Below, piece by piece: positions 26,123-35,200 of a DNA stretch of 43,348 bases; positions within the stretch are counted from its first letter, which is position 1; each line of letters starts with the position of its first letter. Source of the DNA: Candidatus Margulisiibacteriota bacterium. GTDB lineage: Bacteria > Margulisbacteria > Termititenacia > Termititenacales > Termititenacaceae. The notes under the pieces were generated by a model. That model was given only the letters and a program-made list of their open reading frames with translations. It was not told where the DNA came from and did no database searches. The DNA is taken from positions 1 through 43,348 of the forward strand of contig JAIRWS010000045.1 in assembly GCA_031268855.1 (NCBI GenBank), given 5' to 3'. The translations under genes and the position numbers were made by a program.

Positions 26123-28462
26123 TTAAGAATAGGCTTCAATCAAAGCCTCGAGAAAATCGCGGTCTATCGTCCACTGCAGCATAAATTCAGCAGGGCGCAG
26201 ATCTTGATTGACGCGCCAGACGGCCTGCGAGGTATTCCAGTCCATGTAGCCGCGCTTGAGCGGGATGAAAACTTCCAGCAAAGCGTCATTCTCCAGTGGA
26301 GAAAACTCCACACTTTTGATCTTTTCCGCTAATTTGCGGCCGTCCAGAAAAGTGATCGTTTGTAGCAACTCTTCCACCATCGGTTTGGCCGCCGGATATT
26401 TGCCGTTGACACACAAAATATCGATCTCTGGATACATTTCGGACTCCAATTGATCGCGCAGGGATTCCAGCTCATTTTTGATATATTGTTTACGCTCCTC
26501 GGTACCGGCTTCGGGATTATAATACTCGCCGATCAGCATGCCGGACTTGATCGAGCCGTAGCCGCTTTTGAGGAGCATTTCCTGCAAAGCCGCGATAAAG
26601 GGGTCTTTTTCACCGTCATAACTGATCGATATCTCATAGGGTTTGTTATGCATAATTTCCGTAAATCTGGCCTGTACTTTTTCCTGCACGGTTTCCGGCA
26701 TTTTCATCGCCGAGCAGGCCACGCGCACTGCCGCCGCGCTGTCCACTTCCGGCAAAAGCTGTATCAGCCCGATTTCTCTGGCACGGTCTACAATGTATTT
26801 CCGCAGAGAGTTTTTATATTTTTCTTCCTGACCTTTGGTAATTACTTTAAGTATCATTTGTTCCAGCGCAGAGGCTTCTTCATCTTGAGCCGCGCGAAAC
26901 TGTTCCCAGCCAGTTTTGGAAAACTGCTTAAGATAGGCCACAATATTGATCCAAAACGGAGGATATAGATACAGCTCTTCCAGCGGCTTAGCGTTTCTAC
27001 TATTCTGGTAAAGTTTATATACTTCTTTTTCTAGCATCTTATAGTTCGCTTTATGAATACCAATCTCATACACGGCTGTATAGATAATATTTAAAAGCTT
27101 AGTCAATAAAGCTTTGTATCTTTTCTGCAAGAAAGCGTAAATTTGATCTTTTTCTCTGCCTAACCGTTCAAAATCTACGGAACCATCTGTTTTAATAAAA
27201 TACAGAGCTAAACCTACTAACACATTACTCATCAAGCTCATAAACTCTTCTGTTTCATCAACAAACCAATTATCGGATATATAGACATATAAATCCCGTG
27301 AAGCTCGTTGAGTGTCCTTATCAGCTAATTCTGCAAAACGGGTAAACGCGCCCTTACGTGCGTCCCGCGCCGGCGCCCAATCCGCCAAGGCCTCAATTAA
27401 AACAGTGCCCACTCCTTCTCCCTCTGGAAAATTATTCCGAAAAGCATTATGAATCGGCTCCATATCTATAAAAGACACATGGTGCCCCATCTCGTGCCAG
27501 AGTATTCCGTCAATCATTTCCTCAATAAATAGTTCTTTAATATTCAGTACATCTGCAGTTTTCCGCGCACCGTAAAAAGTTAATGCTTTTTCTTTAATAC
27601 CTTCGCGCAGCGCGGAATTCACATGATGCAGCGCGTGTTTGCGTTCGGCTTTGGACTGGTCAAAGAATTTCTGCCATTTGTTAAAGAAGATAACCTCGCA
27701 GGCCTCACGGCGAATCATAGTTATATCTTTATAAACCTCTGCCGCCACGGACAAAACAAACTGTGGAGAACGGATATATTCTTTTTGGATGATACAAGCT
27801 TTATTTCCTAGTAAATCTTTCTCGTCTACTTCGCCAAAAATGTAACGCAGGCCGTATGGCCTGCTATGGGTATAAAACAAATAATAATCAACATCCAGCA
27901 AATCCAGAAAATCATTGATATAAGCAAAATCAATATTCGGATATTTACGGCCAAAAATATCCAATGCGTATTCTTTACGAACATAATTTAAATAAGCGTC
28001 GCCCGATTTACTGCCCTGCCGTTTGTCGCATTCGTCTAAGATTCTGCGGAAACGATCGGCATCAAATTGTGTGACCTCACGGTTATTGGGAATATTCAAA
28101 ATATTCCGGCAAAAAGAAATGGAAACTCTTTGCTCCCCCATAGGGCCAAAGTCTTTGCGTTTGTCCATGGATAAATAAATCAGCAAGGCTAGCTCTTTTA
28201 ACTCCCGGTAAAGATATTCTTTGACAAATTCTCGAATAGAATGAAGTTCTTCTGCTTGTTTATCGGGTTGTTTAATTCTTTTAGCAACCAGTTTCGTTAA
28301 TTGTCTATCTTCTAAAGAACGCGCGTCATCCTGAAGCGCGGCGCCGTATTTGACGCTAAACTGCTCATGCAGTTTTTTTAACTCGTTATCCGTCGATTTG
28401 CTGTATATAGATATTTCCACTAAGAACCCCTGAGTAATTTTAACACATTTAAATTTAAACAA
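26123..28462 (-). CDS. HExxH zinc-metallopeptidase-like protein (gluzincin/MA-clan pattern), 779 aa; start possibly GTG 28420
   Basis: ILWHEMGHHV (HEMGHH = 27479..27496) followed 29 residues after the second zinc-ligand His (H327) by LIEALADWAP (third-ligand Glu pattern). No signal peptide. The TTG at 28462 lies inside the T-tract of the upstream terminator, whereas GTG 28420 has AGGGG 6 nt upstream. Confidence 0.65.
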   Translation of the reverse strand: MFKFKCVKITQGFLVEISIYSKSTDNELKKLHEQFSVKYGAALQDDARSLEDRQLTKLVAKRIKQPDKQAEELHSIREFVKEYLYRELKELALLIYLSMDKRKDFGPMGEQRVSISFCRNILNIPNNREVTQFDADRFRRILDECDKRQGSKSGDAYLNYVRKEYALDIFGRKYPNIDFAYINDFLDLLDVDYYLFYTHSRPYGLRYIFGEVDEKDLLGNKACIIQKEYIRSPQFVLSVAAEVYKDITMIRREACEVIFFNKWQKFFDQSKAERKHALHHVNSALREGIKEKALTFYGARKTADVLNIKELFIEEMIDGILWHEMGHHVSFIDMEPIHNAFRNNFPEGEGVGTVLIEALADWAPARDARKGAFTRFAELADKDTQRASRDLYVYISDNWFVDETEEFMSLMSNVLVGLALYFIKTDGSVDFERLGREKDQIYAFLQKRYKALLTKLLNIIYTAVYEIGIHKANYKMLEKEVYKLYQNSRNAKPLEELYLYPPFWINIVAYLKQFSKTGWEQFRAAQDEEASALEQMILKVITKGQEEKYKNSLRKYIVDRAREIGLIQLLPEVDSAAAVRVACSAMKMPETVQEKVQARFTEIMHNKPYEISISYDGEKDPFIAALQEMLLKSGYGSIKSGMLIGEYYNPEAGTEERKQYIKNELESLRDQLESEMYPEIDILCVNGKYPAAKPMVEELLQTITFLDGRKLAEKIKSVEFSPLENDALLEVFIPLKRGYMDWNTSQAVWRVNQDLRPAEFMLQWTIDRDFLEALIEAYS

Positions 28463-28492
28463 AAGAAAGGGTGTCTTAAAAAGACACCCTTT
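28457..28492 (-). terminator. Rho-independent terminator/attenuator between the 181-aa gene and the HExxH gene
   Basis: On the minus strand there is a 12-bp perfect stem (aaagggtgtctt / aagacacccttt, 28466..28492) with a 3-nt loop, followed by cttttgttt. It is preceded by a T8 run. Confidence 0.6.
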
Positions 28493-28520
28493 AAAAAAAA
28501 GCCCTTAAACTTCTACAAAA

Positions 28521-29066
28521 TCAGTTAGGGTCTGCAACAGTACCTGCTGCGTCAGTCTCCACCTTATCTGCCATTGCCGCGGCGCTTGCAACATGGGCTT
28601 CTAAATCAACGCCAGCGAGCGGGTTGACGGCTGTTTCGTTGCGGACTTCTTGGGTAGCAACGGCTTCGCCGCTGGTAACCCTAAAACCACTACTACGGGT
28701 AGCAACCGCTCTTTCAGCCTCTATAAATCCCGCTTGCTCACGCCATGTTTTTACTGTATCAGCAGACGGAATCGGATCGCCAACACCTATAATCACATTA
28801 TAGTTTTTCAGCGCGACTAGTCCAAAACGTCCTAACTCTGTGTTATTGAGCATGCCATCTTGATTAACCAAGCTGCTAACATCCTTGCCTTCTTTTTCTA
28901 AAGCATCTAACAAAGCGATTACCTTAGCTTGGTTCTCAGTTGCCAGCGCTACTTGACCAAGAACATTCAACGCGTTAGCCGCAATTCCAACATTCGCGCT
29001 TATCCGGGCAAACGAAGCAAACCTCGCTGCCACATCTAAAAATTTTACAAATCCTTCTATTGCCAT
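28521..29066 (-). CDS. hypothetical protein (181 aa): helical N-terminal half and Ala/Thr/Val-rich C-terminal half
   Basis: Strong SD (AAGGAG 8 nt before the ATG), 140 nt downstream of the giant ORF stop. No signal peptide or recognisable motif. Confidence 0.6.
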   Translation of the reverse strand: MAIEGFVKFLDVAARFASFARISANVGIAANALNVLGQVALATENQAKVIALLDALEKEGKDVSSLVNQDGMLNNTELGRFGLVALKNYNVIIGVGDPIPSADTVKTWREQAGFIEAERAVATRSSGFRVTSGEAVATQEVRNETAVNPLAGVDLEAHVASAAAMADKVETDAAGTVADPN

Positions 29067-29206
29067 GATCTTTCTCCTTTATTTTTTATTTTTATTCTAA
29101 AACAAAATATATTGACTAACTAAAGTACTTCACCTCCGTTTAAATTAAAAATACTTTTTTTATCTTCATAATTATATCGTAAGTAACTCAAAATTGTTTC
29201 ATTTTT

Positions 29207-32200
29207 TTAGCTCTGGCCAGCGGGCAGTTTTAAGGCTTGTCCGGGGTGTATTATATAAGGTTCGCTAATATTATTAAGGCGAGCTATATCCTGCCAGCGC
29301 AAGCCAAACTTCTGGCCAATCCTAGACAGATTATCGCCGCTAACCACTGTGTACGTTTCCGGTCTTTCGATCGAAACCACAGTACGTACCCCATCTACAT
29401 AAAGCAGCAGATTATCCAAAAGCGTCTGGAGATAATCGGCGCAAGCAGACTGCTCTTCTTTGCCCGAATTTCGTAAACCAGCAACGGTCTGCTCTAAATG
29501 CCGTTTATTTGGATCGACAAAACGCATCCTAGAACTCACACAAGTTTGCACAAACTGGCGGGCAGGTTCGCCCATAGTTAAAAGCAAAGTCTGCATCAGC
29601 AGTGGCGAACGGATAACCAGAGACTCTATTTTCCAACGATAAGCCGGATTATCCACATATACCGCATAAAGACTGCCGGCCAGCTCTTGCACAGCTTCTG
29701 CGGATAGGCTGTCTGTTTTTTGTAGCAGCCAGCTTATAGACAATCCATAATCATCTCTATGTGCCATGATTTCATTTACGGTCGCTATATTGTTCAACAC
29801 CAAAAAGGCATCAAAGTCCTCTTCATGATAAGGAAATCGATTTTCATTGCGTTGTGCTATTGTCAAACGATTAAATTGTAAATTATTCCTGCTCGGCTTT
29901 TTGCCTTCCGCGAGCATAACCACACACTCAGCTAGCTGCCCGCTAAAAGATGTCCCTATTATTGTTCTCACAATATCAGCTTTATTAGCAGAAACTAAAT
30001 CAAACTGCTGAATTTGCCGCAAAATGCCGACTAGCTGCAGTGTATCCACAGCCGCCGTTCCGCAAACTGTATTTATGGCGCTAACTAAATCTTTATAAGC
30101 CAAATACACTTTTGTTATATCAGGCGGCTGGCCGAGATCTGTATAACCCAATCCTTTAAGCATATCTATTGTTTCGTTGGTATGCATTGCGGCATAATTT
30201 TTCTGAAAATATTGATAATCCAGCAAAACGTTTATGACCTCTGCGGCTTCCGCGTTTTCTGGTATCAAGCGCAGGGCAATCATCTGGCTGCGAATTTTAT
30301 TATAGTTATTGAGATCAGCCTGCCCGGGATTAAAAGAAGTTTCTTCCAGCGTAAACCGGCTGGCTATTGGGGTTTGGTTTCTGAGAAATTGAAAAGCAGA
30401 CCTGATTAACTCTTTGTTTTGCTGTTCTCCGGCATCATTTGCGAAACCCATGACAGAAAGCAAATAGTCTGAATCCGAATAAATATTGTTTAATAAATCT
30501 TTAGTCGTGTTAAATTTAGCAGATCTGCTCAAAACTGCCGACTGTTCTGCAGGAATCACACTACCGTTTAACGGCTCTTTAGCTCTGGCCGCAGCCTGCG
30601 CCGGAGTATCCGCTTGTTTCACTTCTATCGCGGCTTGATTGAGTATTCGAGGCGGAAGCATATCCAATGGAATATAAACAGGCTGATTAGACTGCAATAC
30701 GCTATCTATATTTAACCCATTTGTGTACAAAAATACATTTATTATTTCCGCTCTCTGCTCTTCCGGTACAGAAAAACCTCTCAAAAACAATTGCTCAATA
30801 TAATTCACCGCTTTCATTCCAGCCTGCTCTGGACTGACCATGCATCTTACTGAATAGCTGCGCAGAGTCCCTATCCTGTTTATATCATTAATCATTGCCC
30901 TATTAAGTATCGTGTTATCAATAAAATATTCCGTTGACATATTGACGCCGCCGCTCAGCCGCGCGGCAAAACCAATCTCACCATTTAGATATTTACGTAT
31001 ATTTTCCCTTTGAGCCGCTTTGTTAGCGCCGCTCCAATGAATAATTAAGGCAGAAATTATTTCTAGCATTTTCTTAGCTTCTGTTCTTCTTTTAGTTTCT
31101 TCATCGTTAAATTTCGCCAATTCATTCCTGTCAGCGGCAATTTCCGGCGGAGGAGTCGGCAGAGCAGAGTTAGCGAAAGCTGTCCAGGCATCTCTGCGGC
31201 TGGTGTTGCCGTCAATACATTCCAGCGCAATCAAAGTGCTCTCCATAAACAGCGCGGCGTTATCCGAGCCAGCTCTGGACAAACTCCAGTTGTCGCCAAG
31301 CTCGGCCATAGCCTGTGTATCCGTTGCCACAGAAAAAGTTCCCGACTGGCTCAATCTAAAATCAAAAAACTCTTGCAGCCGCTGGTTTGGATCGAGTCCT
31401 AATACATCCAATCCGTAAGAAACGTTTGTTCCCAAAAAGCCCACTGGCAAACGGCCAACTAAAATATTTCCAAAAAAATCCGCCAGCTCTCTTTGAGACA
31501 AGGGCGGATTAGCGCGAAGTTTTTCATCTGTTTGTTTTCTAATTTCCGCTAAAATAGCGTCGTTAGCATAGGACCTGCTATTGATTGTCGGGGATTGACT
31601 TCTTTCCAGAATCGCCCACGTCATAAAGCTATTAAACAATTCATTATTCGCGGCAAAAAGACCTACAGGCTGCTCTGTCCGTAGCAAATCCTTCATCGTC
31701 GGTTTTTGATTGGTAGAATTTAGTGGGTCAAGAGTATGCGGAATTTGCACTCTAGCACAACGCAATGTATTGGCGTCTACCGTAACGCCATATTTTGCCA
31801 TATTTCTAATAAATGCCGCATCGCTCGGCGCTTCAGTCCTGCCATGTGGGACCAGTTTTAACCACGCGGACCTGGCATAATCTCGGCCAATACCAGGAAT
31901 GATATTGGTCAGAAAATACCGATATTCATTTTTAGTTAAACTAGCAAAAGGGCGCACGGACTCCGAGCTGCCAGCTACTGTATCTGTTAAAAATCCTGCG
32001 CTGCCGACAGCTAATTGCGGATATTTAGCGCCAAAAAGCCGCATGGCATTGGACATTACAAATTCAAAAAATTTGGCTTTGCTCTGGACGCCTTCTGTTC
32101 CGGTGGTGACCACAGCATTGTCGCCGTCCTGCCCAAACATAGTAAGAGTGCCGACCAAATTCACCGTATCGCTGATTATCGGAACAGTATTATAAAAATT

Positions 32201-35200
32201 CCGCTGCGCATTTATATCGCCGCTACGCAAGGCGGCTATAAAATCTTCCCACATAGCGTCAAATGTTTCTTTGTCTGTCCAGCTTCTGACCACAAACCCT
32301 TCAACTATTTCCTGACGCTGGATATTTGGCACCATAGCGCACAAAGTTTCTCGTATGTCCGCCAAAAAACCCATATCCTCAAACCATCTGGCCACTTCAA
32401 ATTGCATCGGACGGACACCTTTAGAATATTTGATATCAAAAAACCTCCGCATCGTCATGGAACGATCCAGCGAGGCATAAATATTAGCCTGCATATCTTT
32501 TTCTAATGTGCGCGGCGCAAAAGCAGCCTCGGCAGAGCTGGCCAGCCAATTACCAACTTGCAGTCCCATCATAATCTGTCCGGCTACAGGCAATACTTTG
32601 CCGGTGTAACCCAGCAGTTTTGGCACAGTGTAAGTCAAGGAACGTATCAGCACCACACCGCTGGCAGTATGCATGGCATTGCGTGTTACTGTCGTTTTAA
32701 AGTTTAAAGAATCAAAATTACGATTGACCTCCTCCAGCGTTAAGGCTGGCGGCGGGGCAATGCCAAGCTCTTGATTTCTTGTTCTTTCTTCATCTATATC
32801 TTTAAAAGCTTTATTTCTGTTGGGTTCAAAATAAACTTTATCCATCACATAACCCAGTCCCATTACTGCTCCAACACCAGCAAAAGACCGCAAAAGGGAT
32901 ACAAGTTTCATCACGCCTTTGGACAACGGAGAAGGAATAATAGCCGACATTATCATACCGGGTATTTCAAAAGCCAGATTGGCAAGGCCTTCCGACATAC
33001 AGGCTAATGACAGCTCCGCCTGAAATTTCATTTGTTCATAGGGATCAGTGCTGGCTGCTCTAGCCAGACATTCTGGATTATTGATCGCTTTCAGCGGACC
33101 TTCCATAAAATAACCGCCCAGGAACAAAGCCGGAAAAGCAACCGCCAGATAACTGGCATAGCCTTTAGCATTTTTTCCCAGCGATTCTTTGAGGATTTTT
33201 AATTTGCCGCTCTCCTTATCCCGGAAAAGCAGCGCGCCTAATTCTGCCGGTTTTACAATGGCGTTCCCACCCAGCAAGTGATTGACCACGCTCAAAGAAA
33301 TATCCGTAGCCAGATCATCGCGGATAGAACACATAACACCGAAACCAGTATTGTCCGGTATACCGATCAGCCAGTTCGCCACACGCCGTTCAAACTCTCC
33401 TTCTTCAAGAGAAGAATTCCCCGCCCATTCTCCATTTGGCCTGATAAACGTGTTAAATGCCGACAGCGCTAATCCCAATATAAAAGCGCCTTGCGCGGCA
33501 TCGATGCGTCCCACAGCTTTGCTATAAAACTGACCCAATTTTCCCCTAAGATCCGGGCTCAATCTATCCAAATGCCGCTCTGCTATTTCTCTATGCAGGC
33601 GTTCGTATTCATCTTTCGCCGCCTGCAGATCACTAGCATATTTGTCCTTGACCGCCTGGCCGGCTGTTTCAGCTGGTTTATTGTTCTCCAGCAAGGTAAT
33701 CCTTTCCAGTAGCAAAGCCATAGCGGGAGATAAAACCGCTTGATTTAAACTTCTCAATGTTTCCGCATCGCTGGCATTGACATCTCTAATCAAGTTCCGA
33801 ATCTGATTCGTAACATCTTCTATTTCAGGATTTACACCTGCTGTTCTTTGACCAGGAACTTCTACGCGCAATATTTCCGCCGTGTCAGGGCGAATTTCTA
33901 CATTCAGCGGCCCCACAACATCAATGGCTGTCCGTCCTGCCAAAAGAAAATCGCTGGGATCATTTGATTTAGCATAGTTCGTCTCCAGCGTAATTAATTT
34001 CCAGCCGTCCGCCGCTCTGTAAAGAACATCCATGCGTCCATTAGTGATGTCCACTTCGCTGGCGCTTTCTCCGCCCGGGTGAATATGCGCTAAACGTCCG
34101 CCTATGGCATCGGCTATATTTTTGAACGCAGGTAGCGCCACACAGCTGTCTTTCCACTCTAAAGCCTGCAAGTCTTTAATAGCTGCATCGCTCAAATTTC
34201 TAAAAAGAGCGTCCACTCTCTCACCATAAAAGCCAATAATTGTGGTTTTTACCGCCTCAGCCGGATGCTCGGCGGCCTGCGCGGCTCTAAGCGTAGTATA
34301 TAGATCGGCCATTGTTCTGCCTTGAGGGAAATCAATTTCTCCAAGTTTCAATACTTTGCTGGCTTCCGGCTCGATAACGCGTTCTAATTGTTTATTTTTG
34401 TCATAAATCAAAATTACCGGAAGCTCTGTATTAGGATTTTTACGCGCTATTCCGTCCAGCTGAGAATTTCTGGCAGGAGGAACATCAGCCGGATTTGACG
34501 CGGCATTTCTATTAACATCCGCCGTATCCACATTGTTATACGCCCGCCAGGCTTCTTCTTCTGAAGAAAATCTCAGCTCGCGCCCATCCGCCGTGCTTAA
34601 AACGAAAACATCCCGATACTGCCTGCTTGCGACACGATCTCCCAAACGGCGCATACCGGCCGGAATAGGATTATCTTGCCTGCCGTGCACAGTCAAATTT
34701 CCATCGAAATTATATTTAGTAGTTCTTTGACCGCGTCGCACTCCCAACGCGCCAGCTTCTTTATTACCAATCAAATTATGATAAAAGGCGTTTAGAATTT
34801 CTTGACAATTACGCAAATACAGATCGAGAGCTGAGAGAGACCGCGCGTCTTGTTCGGCGCCTGATTCGTCCCCGGCAATACGGCTGGTTCCTCTTTCCTG
34901 CCGAAGTTTCAAGTAATTATCGCCCGCTTCTTCCAGCGCCGCTATATAGGCCCGCACATTGGCTCCGGTAACGCCCAGCGTGCCCAGATGGTCTAATCCT
35001 TCTCTAGGAACAATGTAACCATGCGCGTCAAAATATTTACTATTCACAAAATTTATATACTCATTATAAGACACCGGTATTTTTTCCGCGCCGAGTTTCA
35101 GATCTAACAATCTGGCTGTCTCCATCCGCAAAAAAGCTTCCCGGGGATTTACGCTTTCATTAAAAATATTTTTAGCCCTGGCCAGCATCTCCGCAGGAAT

